Part shown: piece by piece, positions 14,940 to 22,626 of the stretch | Numbering within the stretch: position 1 is the first letter of the stretch | Layout: every line of letters starts with the position of its first letter | From: Verrucomicrobiota bacterium | GTDB lineage: Bacteria > Verrucomicrobiota > Verrucomicrobiia > Limisphaerales > Palsa-1400 | DNA: 37,744 nucleotides | Reading direction: 5' to 3' | Assembly: GCA_050015895.1 (NCBI GenBank) | Contig: JBEKAN010000003.1 | Coordinates: forward strand, 1 to 37,744 | Made by a program: the position numbers and the translations under genes | Notes under the pieces: generated by a model | The model's database searches: none | The model's input: only the letters and a program-made list of their open reading frames with translations | Told to the model about the DNA's origin: nothing

Positions 14940-16799
14940 ATGCAGGACACATCACACGCGCACGAGGCCCACGAGCCGGGTTTTTGGCGGAAGTACATTT
15001 TTTCCACCGACCACAAGGTCATTGGAATGCAGTACGGCGTCACGGCCCTGCTGTTCCTGTTTTTCGGCTTTTGCCTGATGCTGCTGATGCGGTGGCAGTT
15101 GGCGCATTCGGGGGAGGCGGTTCCGTTTCTGGGAAAACTCCTGCGGAGGATCCACGGGCCGGACATGATCAGCGCGACCAAAAGCGGCGCGGTGGGGGTG
15201 ATTTCGTCGGATTTGTATAATTCGTACGGGGCGATGCACGGGACGATCATGGTGTTCCTGGCGATCGTGCCGCTGGCCTTCGGGGCGTTTGGGAATTTTG
15301 TGATGCCGTTGCAGATCGGGGCGCCGGACATGACCTTCCCGCGGGTCAACATGGCGAGCTACCAGTTCTATTTCATTGGCGGGATTATCATGCTGGCGAG
15401 CTTCTTCATACCGGGCGGGGCGGCCAAGGCGGGATGGACTTCCTATTCGCCGCTGGCGACGGTGGGGGACATGCACCGGCCCAACGGGCAGACATTCTGG
15501 ATCATCGGGATGGTGTGCCTGATCAACTCGTCGCTGCTGGGCGCGGTGAATTTCATCAGCACGATCATTCAATTGCGGGCCAAAGGGCTGAGCTGGATGC
15601 GCCTGCCGTTTTTTGTGTGGGCGCAGTTTGTGACGGCGTTCTTGCTGCTGCTGGCCTTCCCGCCCCTGGAGGCGGCCGGGGTGCTGCAGTTGGCGGATAA
15701 TCTTTTGGGAACGAGCTTTTTCCTGCCGACGGGCCTGGTGGTGTCCGGCACGGCGGTGCATATCAGCGGGGGGGGCAGCCCGCTGTTGTGGCAGCATCTG
15801 TTCTGGTTTCTGGGCCATCCGGAGGTGTATGTGCTGATCCTGCCGGCGATGGGGATCGTGACGGAGATCATCGCCAACAACACGCGCAAGCCGATCTGGG
15901 GCTACCGCTCGATGGTGTATTCGGCGCTGGTGATCGGGTTCCTGTCCTTCATCGTGTGGGCGCATCACATGTATTTGACGGGGATGGGGACGCGGATCGC
16001 GACGTTCTTCCAAACCACGACGATGATGATTTCAATCCCGTCGGTGATCATACTGACCTCGTTGTTCATCTCGCTCTGGGGCGCGTCCATCCGGTTCACG
16101 GTGCCGATGCTCTTTGCGCTGGCATTTCTGCCGATGTTCGGGATCGGCGGCCTGACGGGGCTGCCGCTGGGTTTCAACGTCAGCGACATCTATCTGCACG
16201 ACACGTATTACGTGATCGCGCATTTCCACTACATCGTGGCGCCGGGGACTATCTTTGGGTTGTTTGCGGGGATTTATTACTGGTATCCCAAGATCACGGG
16301 GCGGTTCATGAACGAGTTTTGGGGCCGGGTGCATTTCGGGCTGTCGTTCATTTTCATGAACTGCGTGTTTCTGCCAATGTTCTTCCAGGGGATGGCGGGG
16401 ATGTCGCGGCGCATGTATGACGGCGGGCTGACCTACGCGGCGCAGCCGGAGACCGCGACTCAAGCCGGCATTCCGGGCCTGAGTCCGTTCGTGCTGCACC
16501 TGAACACGACGATTCTCTGGGCGGCCGTCTGCCTGGGGCTGGCGCAAATTCCCTTCATCATCAATTTCTTCTGGAGCGTGGAGCACGGCCGGAAAACCAA
16601 TTCGGACAATCCCTGGGAGGCGACGACTCTGGAGTGGCAGACGGCCACCCCGCCGCCGCACGGGAACTTCGAGAAGCCGATGGAAGTCTTCCGCGGCCCT
16701 TACGAGTACAGCGTGCCGGGGGCCGCGCGCGATTTCACCACGCAAAACGAACCGGAGCAGGCAGAACCGTTGACCCATGGAAATCCCGTACGCAGTTAA
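14940..16799 (+). CDS. ctaD: Cytochrome c oxidase subunit I (A1-type heme-copper oxidase)
   Basis: STDHKVIG, MHGTIMVF, PDMTFPR, GHPEVY, WAHHM, HDTYYVIAHFHY and GMSRR. Confidence 0.97.
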   Translation: MQDTSHAHEAHEPGFWRKYIFSTDHKVIGMQYGVTALLFLFFGFCLMLLMRWQLAHSGEAVPFLGKLLRRIHGPDMISATKSGAVGVISSDLYNSYGAMHGTIMVFLAIVPLAFGAFGNFVMPLQIGAPDMTFPRVNMASYQFYFIGGIIMLASFFIPGGAAKAGWTSYSPLATVGDMHRPNGQTFWIIGMVCLINSSLLGAVNFISTIIQLRAKGLSWMRLPFFVWAQFVTAFLLLLAFPPLEAAGVLQLADNLLGTSFFLPTGLVVSGTAVHISGGGSPLLWQHLFWFLGHPEVYVLILPAMGIVTEIIANNTRKPIWGYRSMVYSALVIGFLSFIVWAHHMYLTGMGTRIATFFQTTTMMISIPSVIILTSLFISLWGASIRFTVPMLFALAFLPMFGIGGLTGLPLGFNVSDIYLHDTYYVIAHFHYIVAPGTIFGLFAGIYYWYPKITGRFMNEFWGRVHFGLSFIFMNCVFLPMFFQGMAGMSRRMYDGGLTYAAQPETATQAGIPGLSPFVLHLNTTILWAAVCLGLAQIPFIINFFWSVEHGRKTNSDNPWEATTLEWQTATPPPHGNFEKPMEVFRGPYEYSVPGAARDFTTQNEPEQAEPLTHGNPVRS

Positions 16800-17580
16800 A
16801 CCCCGGCCGGACACCGGCCTTTACAACGCGAAAATCGGCATCTGGCTGTTTTTGGCGTCGGAGGTCATGCTCTTCGGAGCGCTGTTTTCCTCCTATATCC
16901 TGCTGCGGGTGAACGCCGATCCGGGCACCTGGCCGCACCACCTGCTCAATGTGCCGCTGGGCGCGACCAACACCATTGTGCTCATCTTCTCCAGCGTGAC
17001 GGTGGTCTATTCGTGGGCCGCCTTGAAGATGAACAAGTTCGGCCTCTACAAGATTTGCCAGGGCATCACCATCCTGTGCGCGCTCACATTCCTGGGCATC
17101 AAGTCCTTCGAGTACCGGGACAAATTCAACCATTATGAGGCGCAGCTCAAGAACGGCAAATTCGCGGACGGCCATATTGACCGGGCCAGGACGAACGACA
17201 AGTTCTTCGTGTTTGAGAAGGCGCGGGTCGTGGACAGCCACGCGGAGCTGATGGAGCCGCCGGCGGCGGGTGCGAAGTTGGAGGAGTTGTCCATTCCCAT
17301 GTCCGAGATCAAAGACCGGGCGGACGGAAAGGGCAAGGAGGTGGAGAATTATGGCCCCTGGCACAGTTCCTATTTAGGGATATATTTTGTGCTGACCGGC
17401 TTGCACGCCTTGCACGTCATCGGCGGCGCCATTGTCATATTTGTGATCTGGGGTCCGCTGGCGAAGGTCTGGAAGGAGGACCCGGAGCGATACACCAACC
17501 GGGTGGAGGTGTCCGGCCTGTTCTGGCACTTTGTGGACCTGGTCTGGATCTTCCTCTTCCCGGTGCTTTATTTGCTATAA
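16777..17580 (+). CDS. ctaE: Cytochrome c oxidase subunit III
   Basis: WLFLASEVMLFGALF, NTIVLIFSS, TGLHALHV and WHFVDLVWIFLFP. Confidence 0.95.
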   Translation: MEIPYAVKPRPDTGLYNAKIGIWLFLASEVMLFGALFSSYILLRVNADPGTWPHHLLNVPLGATNTIVLIFSSVTVVYSWAALKMNKFGLYKICQGITILCALTFLGIKSFEYRDKFNHYEAQLKNGKFADGHIDRARTNDKFFVFEKARVVDSHAELMEPPAAGAKLEELSIPMSEIKDRADGKGKEVENYGPWHSSYLGIYFVLTGLHALHVIGGAIVIFVIWGPLAKVWKEDPERYTNRVEVSGLFWHFVDLVWIFLFPVLYLL

Positions 17581-17581
17581 A

Positions 17582-17941
17582 ATGAATATGAACGAACATT
17601 CCAGCGAACATGCGGTGGCGGCGGCGGAGCCGCACTCGGTGGAGGATGCCAAGAGGCACATGAGGACGTACGCCATCGTCGGGGTGGCGCTGATGATCGG
17701 CACCGCCATGACGGTGTGGGCGTCCTACGCCGATTTCGGAAGCCGGAAAATCAACATTGTGGTCGCCCTGGCGATCGCCATCACCAAAGGCTCCTTGGTG
17801 GCCGGCTTTTTCATGCACCTGATTTCGGAGAAGAAAATGATCTATTCGGTGATGGCCTGCACCGTGTTCTTTTTTGGCGCCCTGATGTTTCTGACCCTGT
17901 GGTCCATGCACCACCCCAACATCGTGCATTTCCAACAATGA
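17582..17941 (+). CDS. Cytochrome c oxidase subunit IV family protein
   Basis: Three TM helices with IAITKGSLVAGFFMHL; directly after subunit III. Confidence 0.85.
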   Translation: MNMNEHSSEHAVAAAEPHSVEDAKRHMRTYAIVGVALMIGTAMTVWASYADFGSRKINIVVALAIAITKGSLVAGFFMHLISEKKMIYSVMACTVFFFGALMFLTLWSMHHPNIVHFQQ

Positions 17942-17948
17942 GCTTGAC

Positions 17949-18155
17949 ATGTCGTTGAAAGCGTTCCATATTGTGTTTGTGACATGCGCCGCGCTGCTGG
18001 CGTTTTTCTTCGGGGGCTGGCTTCTCGATCAATACCGCGAGAGCGGCCGGGCGGGGCAGTTGATCGGCGGCGTCGCCTCCCTCCTGGCGGGGGTGGGGAT
18101 GGTGTGGTACGGCCGGGTGGTGGCGCGCAAGCTCAAACACATTGGTTATTTATGA
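17949..18155 (+). CDS. Small two-TM membrane protein
   Basis: MSLKAFHIVF start and two hydrophobic segments. In-operon position, overlapping the next start (ATGA). Confidence 0.75.
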   Translation: MSLKAFHIVFVTCAALLAFFFGGWLLDQYRESGRAGQLIGGVASLLAGVGMVWYGRVVARKLKHIGYL

Positions 18156-18415
18156 AAAGACTCAAAACATTGGCGGCGGCGGCGGTTGTGGCCTGGCTGG
18201 CGGGGCCGACGAGCCTGCTGGCCTGCGCGGCCTGCTTCGGCAAGTCGGATTCCAACATGGCGCGGAGCCTCAACGCGGGCATTTTCAGTTTGATGGCGGT
18301 GATTGGAGCCGTCTTGATCGGGGCGGCGTCCTTCTTTGTTTTTCTTTCAAGGAAAGCTGCCGCTACCAACCGGTTGGGACAGAGCCAGGAACCGCCCGCG
18401 CAACCGCAAACCTAA
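18152..18415 (+). CDS. Small exported membrane protein with CxxC motif
   Basis: Signal-like N-terminus, then ACAACFG and one TM helix. ATGA-coupled upstream and abutting subunit II. Confidence 0.75.
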   Translation: MKRLKTLAAAAVVAWLAGPTSLLACAACFGKSDSNMARSLNAGIFSLMAVIGAVLIGAASFFVFLSRKAAATNRLGQSQEPPAQPQT

Positions 18416-19198
18416 ATGATGAACAGCATATTGAGTTTGAAGAAGTACCTGGGGCTGCCCATTGACGTGTCGGGGCAGGGCGCCGGGGTGGACAGCCTTA
18501 TCTTTTGGGTCCATCTGTTGATGGCGGTCCTGTTTGTCGGCTGGCTGGGTTATTTCTTGCTGGCGCTGTGCAAGTTCAACCGCCGCGCCAATCCCAAGGC
18601 GGACTACGTCGGGGTCAAGGGCCACACGTCCACTTATGCGGAAGTGATGGTGGCGGCGATTGAGGGGGTCTTGCTCATCGGACTGGCCGTTCCCCTCTGG
18701 GCGCATGCGGTGGACCAATTTCCCAAGGGCAAGGATGTGACCACCATCAAGGTCATCGCCCAGCAATATGTCTGGAACGCGTGGTATCCCGGCACCAACG
18801 GCGTTTTTGTGAGGCAGGACAGAAAATTCGAGTCGAGCGACAATCCCTACGGCTTTGACAAATCGGACCCGAACTACAAGTACAATTTCACCGTGGCCAA
18901 GGACTTTGTGGTGCCTGTGGACAAACCCGTGGTCGCCTACATCACTTCGATGGACGTCATCCACTGTTTCACCATCAAGGTGATGCGCGCGACCCAGGAC
19001 GCGATTCCCGGAATGAGCATTCCAGTCTGGTTCACGCCGAAGGTCAAAGGCACCTACCAGATCAACTGCGCCCAGCTTTGCGGCAACGGCCATTACGCGA
19101 TGCGCGGTACCCTCCGAGTGGTGTCCCAGGAGGAATACGACGCCTGGGTGGCGAAAAAATCCAGCGCGGGGGCGGGGGCCGGGGCGGGGTACGAATAG
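18416..19198 (+). CDS. ctaC: Cytochrome c oxidase subunit II
   Basis: Two TM helices, AQQYVW, and CuA ligands DVIH...CAQLCGNGHYAM. Confidence 0.95.
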   Translation: MMNSILSLKKYLGLPIDVSGQGAGVDSLIFWVHLLMAVLFVGWLGYFLLALCKFNRRANPKADYVGVKGHTSTYAEVMVAAIEGVLLIGLAVPLWAHAVDQFPKGKDVTTIKVIAQQYVWNAWYPGTNGVFVRQDRKFESSDNPYGFDKSDPNYKYNFTVAKDFVVPVDKPVVAYITSMDVIHCFTIKVMRATQDAIPGMSIPVWFTPKVKGTYQINCAQLCGNGHYAMRGTLRVVSQEEYDAWVAKKSSAGAGAGAGYE

Positions 19199-19204
19199 TG
19201 GGAG

Positions 19205-19234
19205 AAGATTAAGATTAGGATTGACATTAAGAGG
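19205..19234 (-). repeat. Hexamer array (AATCYT family, reverse orientation)
   Basis: aagatt aagatt aggatt gacatt aagagg, between subunit II and SCO. Confidence 0.8.
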
Positions 19235-19258
19235 GGATGATCTCTGGATGACACCGAT

Positions 19259-19885
19259 ATGCCGGAGCCTGGCCTGAAAGCAAAATTCCTCGTATGGGGC
19301 GGGCTGATCGTGATCCTTCTGGGCGTCGTGGGGGCGTTCTTCCTGGCCCCGGCGCGGGTCCCGCCGCCGCCGGTTTATGGGGAGGTGCCTGATTTTTCCC
19401 TGAGCGATCAAGACGGGCGGATGGTCTCGTTGGCGGATTGGCGCGGCCAAATCTGCGTCGTGGATCTGATCTTCACCCGTTGCGCGGGGCAATGTCTGCT
19501 GATGGAGGCGACCTTGCAGAAACTGCAGGCCGTCCTGCCGGCCAGCCCGCCGGTCCGATTGGTCTCCCTGACCAGCGATCCGGCTTACGACACCCCGGCG
19601 GTCCTGAAAAAGTACGGGGGGCGGTGGGGCGCGCGGGAGGGGGTGTGGACATTTTTGACTGGCCCCAAAAAGGCGATGCAGCAGCTCGCCGTTGAGGGGT
19701 TGAAGCTAAGCATGACGGACAAAAAGCCCTCCGAGCAGGACAGTCCGACCGACTTGGTAATCCACAGCACCAAGCTGGTGTTGATAGACCAGCACGGGCG
19801 CATCCGGGGATATTATGACGGGGAGACGTCCGACTGCATCCCGCCGCTGCTGGCCGCCATTCAGCGCCTGGGGCGGGAGAATTGA
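19259..19885 (+). CDS. SCO1/SenC copper chaperone
   Basis: FTRCAGQC (CxxxC), DPAYDTP, IHS and GRIRGYY; N-terminal TM anchor. Confidence 0.93.
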   Translation: MPEPGLKAKFLVWGGLIVILLGVVGAFFLAPARVPPPPVYGEVPDFSLSDQDGRMVSLADWRGQICVVDLIFTRCAGQCLLMEATLQKLQAVLPASPPVRLVSLTSDPAYDTPAVLKKYGGRWGAREGVWTFLTGPKKAMQQLAVEGLKLSMTDKKPSEQDSPTDLVIHSTKLVLIDQHGRIRGYYDGETSDCIPPLLAAIQRLGREN

Positions 19886-19935
19886 CCAGTCCATTTTGGT
19901 TGCAGTGGGTCGAAGTTCCCTGCAGGAGTGTGGCC

Positions 19936-20061
19936 GTGCCGCGCAAAATGAGAGTGGAATATGCCGGGGCCATTTACCCCGTGATGAGCCGCGGCGACCG
20001 CGGCGGGGACATTTTCCCGGATGATGTGGACCGGCGGGATTTTCTTGGAGCAATTTCATGA
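19936..20061 (+). pseudogene. REP-associated tyrosine transposase (RAYT/Y1_Tnp) N-terminal fragment
   Basis: From GTG 19936: MPRKMRVEYAGAIYPVMSRGDRGGDIFPDDVDRRDFLGAIS*. Matches the RAYT N-terminal pattern (MPR..R....G..YHV..RG.....IF....D...FL), with His replaced by Pro. Ends before the HUH motif. Confidence 0.8.
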
Positions 20062-20089
20062 AATCTGTAGCCGCGAAAGCGTCAACATC

Positions 20090-20137
20090 GGGAGCGCGGG
20101 CGTCCTCGCCCGCCGTGTTCGGCGTCTCGCCGAACAC
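20090..20137. repeat. Two adjacent REP-like hairpins
   Basis: GCGGGCG-TCCT-CGCCCGC (20096-20113) and GTGTTCGGCG-TCT-CGCCGAACAC (20115-20137). Confidence 0.8.
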
Positions 20138-20635
20138 ATTCTCCATCAAGGATCGGCTGCACTATTTTCTGAACCGCTCTTATACCTTACTAAGGCAAAA
20201 GCCGAAAGACTATATAAGTGGTTGCGGCGTATGTGGTTACGTGTCTTTTGGCGATTATTTTGCCTCGTGTTGAAACGGTTTCTTGACCGCATGAAAATGG
20301 ATATTCCAACACGATTGCAAGAATCCGCGCCATTTTCTGGGCTGTTTGGCAGCTTTTCCGGACTTTTCCCAAAACTATTTTTGCGTCCAGGTTTTTGGAA
20401 GTTTCATTTTTGAGCGCAACCCCCTCCACACCAACTACTTCCGCCAAAAACAAAAAATCGAGTTGCTTCCCACCGTGGGAAGGAACTTTTTGGAAAGTGT
20501 GATCTAATTGAACCAAAAAACTAAAAATGAGGATACGAACGAAATCAATGCCCTTGGCCCAGACCGACTACAGGCCGTCCAGTGCGTCGTCTCCTTTTGG
20601 GCTCTTTTTTTGCGCATTATCGCGGCCATTCCATC

Positions 20636-20750
20636 GGTCTCTTTGGGTCCTTTCTGTCCCTTTGGTCCCTTGTCCTTTCATCAAACCAAATCAAACCAAA
20701 TCAAACTCAATCAAACCAATGAACACCCCCCTCCCCCCCTCCCCCCCCTC
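20636..20750. repeat. Composite low-complexity array: GTCCYTT ~9-mers, (TCAAACCAAA) x4, poly-C tract
   Basis: gtc(c/t) units at 20636-20678, four decamers at 20681-20720, and a C-rich run at 20726-20750. Confidence 0.85.
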
Positions 20751-20843
20751 TGCGCGGGGCGGGGGAAATGTCGCGGCTCGCAGTCGGAACAAAATGTCCT
20801 TGTCTTCCGCGCCCCACCGCCCAAGGCTGAGGGATTACGAATT

Positions 20844-21272
20844 ATGACAGTGAGAGATTTGCCGACGGTCAACGCCACGCTCAACGGGTTGAGCGCGGTC
20901 CTGCTCACGGCGGGTTTTGTGTGCATCAAGCGCAAAAATATCGCGGCGCACCGCTTCTGCATGATCGCGGCCTTCTCGACCTCCGTCCTTTTTCTGATTT
21001 GCTATCTGACTTACCACTACCTTGGGGGATTCACCCGGTTCGTCAACCCGCCGTGGTTTCGTCCCTGGTATCTGCTTCTGCTCGCCACCCACACCATTTT
21101 GGCGGTGGTGATTGTGCCGCTGATCCTGGTGACGCTGAATCGCGCGCGGAAAGAGCGTTTTGAGGCGCACAAACGCATTGCCCGCTGGACCTGGCCGTTG
21201 TGGATGTATGTCTCGGTGACGGGCGTTGTGGTTTACTGGCTGCTGTACATCAAGTTCCCGCAAACCCCTTGA
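20844..21272 (+). CDS. DUF420 family membrane protein (oxidase-associated)
   Basis: LPTVNATLN, AHRFCM, FLICYLTYH and HKRIARWTWPLWMYVSVTGVVVY. Start at ATG 20844. Confidence 0.92.
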   Translation: MTVRDLPTVNATLNGLSAVLLTAGFVCIKRKNIAAHRFCMIAAFSTSVLFLICYLTYHYLGGFTRFVNPPWFRPWYLLLLATHTILAVVIVPLILVTLNRARKERFEAHKRIARWTWPLWMYVSVTGVVVYWLLYIKFPQTP

Positions 21273-21287
21273 GGACGCGACCCCGCC

Positions 21288-22025
21288 ATGTCCACCGACC
21301 CGCCAGCCAGTTCGATATTTCCCCGGACCGACTGGGCGGAGCTGGGCAAGGCGGGCGAGGCGGACGAGGCGCGGCTGGACCGCCTGATCCGGGCATACTG
21401 GGCGCCGCTGAGGATATTCCTGGTGGCCACCTTCCCCTCGCTCAAGGACCAGGCCGATCTGCTCCTGCAGGATTTCGCCGAGGACAAAATCCTCAAGAAG
21501 GGCTGGCTGCAACGGGCGGACCACAACCGGGGGAAGTTCCGGGATTTTTTGAAGACCAGCCTGCGCAATTTTGTGCTCGACCGTTTGAACCGCGTGGAGG
21601 CCAGACGCCCGCCGTTGTCGCTGGATGAGATGCCGCGGGAGCCGGCGGCGGCGGAAGGCCCGTCGGAGGAATTCGACTTGACCTGGCTGCGGACCGTCCT
21701 GGCCCGGACCCTGCGGGAGATGGAGGAGGATTGCAAGAACCCGTCCGCCGACCAGCCGCGCCGGGGGCAAATCTGGGAAATGTTCCGCATCCGCCTGCTG
21801 GAGCCGCTGTTGAATGACACGGCGCCGCCGCCTTACGAGGAGTTGATCGGGCGTTTCGGGCTGCGCTCGCCGACGGACGCCTCCAATTTGCTGCTCAGCG
21901 CCAAACGCATCTTCAAGGCGCACTTGGGCCGGGTGATCCAGGATTACGCGGGACAGGACGCGGCGACCGCAGTGGAAATCCAGTCTTTGGAGGAGTTCAT
22001 TTCCCGCCTGGCTAAACGGGAATAA
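21288..22025 (+). CDS. ECF-type RNA polymerase sigma factor (PVC kinase-associated type)
   Basis: FPRTDW N-terminal motif; YWAPL, QDF and GKFRDFLKTSLRNF (sigma2); YEELIGRFG HTH-like sigma4. Confidence 0.8.
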   Translation: MSTDPPASSIFPRTDWAELGKAGEADEARLDRLIRAYWAPLRIFLVATFPSLKDQADLLLQDFAEDKILKKGWLQRADHNRGKFRDFLKTSLRNFVLDRLNRVEARRPPLSLDEMPREPAAAEGPSEEFDLTWLRTVLARTLREMEEDCKNPSADQPRRGQIWEMFRIRLLEPLLNDTAPPPYEELIGRFGLRSPTDASNLLLSAKRIFKAHLGRVIQDYAGQDAATAVEIQSLEEFISRLAKRE

Positions 22026-22080
22026 ACGAGTATATGCGCAAGATCGTCCGCCGCAAACCGTATCCATAACAGGTAACATT

Positions 22081-22626
22081 ATGTCTGAGTTCGACTCCGC
22101 GGGAGCCGTCTTCACCCGACGGCCGAAGAGCCTCGCCGCCTTGATGGAGGGCAGCGCGGAGCAGGCCCGGCTCTGGCGGCCGGAGGAACTGGGGGCCATT
22201 TTCCGCCATCAAATGGCCGCCCCCGTCCTGGTGGACCTGGGCGGATACGACGCCGGGGCCGCGGTGCGGCTCAAGAAGTTGAGCGACGCCCAGAGCCTGC
22301 TGCTGAAAAGTTTTTCCGACCTTTTTCATCATCCGGCCCCGCCGGCGGAGCTTCTGGAACTGACCAAGAGCTTCGCCAAGGCGAACATGGACAACGCCGA
22401 AAGCGCGCTGCCCAACGAGGTGGCCGCCGCGCTTTACTACACCAGCATCGCCGCCGCCCTGGTCCGCCTCGACAGGCGCATTTCAAAGCTCGGGGACGCG
22501 GACCTGCGCCGGGGCCTGCTTTGGACCCGGGAGCAGCCCTGGCTCGACGACCCCACCAGAGAATTGCTTCTCCAGGCGGCGGAAAAAATCTCCCCTCCCG
22601 GCGGCAAAGGAGCCGGCGCGCCATGA
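22081..22626 (+). CDS. Hypothetical cytoplasmic all-alpha protein
   Basis: 181-aa ORF with genome-like codon usage. Stop overlaps the kinase start (ATGA). Confidence 0.8.
   Translation: MSEFDSAGAVFTRRPKSLAALMEGSAEQARLWRPEELGAIFRHQMAAPVLVDLGGYDAGAAVRLKKLSDAQSLLLKSFSDLFHHPAPPAELLELTKSFAKANMDNAESALPNEVAAALYYTSIAAALVRLDRRISKLGDADLRRGLLWTREQPWLDDPTRELLLQAAEKISPPGGKGAGAP

Noticed and set aside
20190-20240. c-di-GMP-I riboswitch (GGCAAAA..GAAA)
   Set aside because: The stem around GAAA does not pair well and the downstream GACGCAAAGC-type second hairpin is absent.
20021-20843. ORFs 20021-20413, 20190-20516 and the 5' extension 20508-20843 as real genes
   Set aside because: They run through repeats and AT-rich DNA with no recognisable motifs. 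The DUF420 protein starts at 20844.
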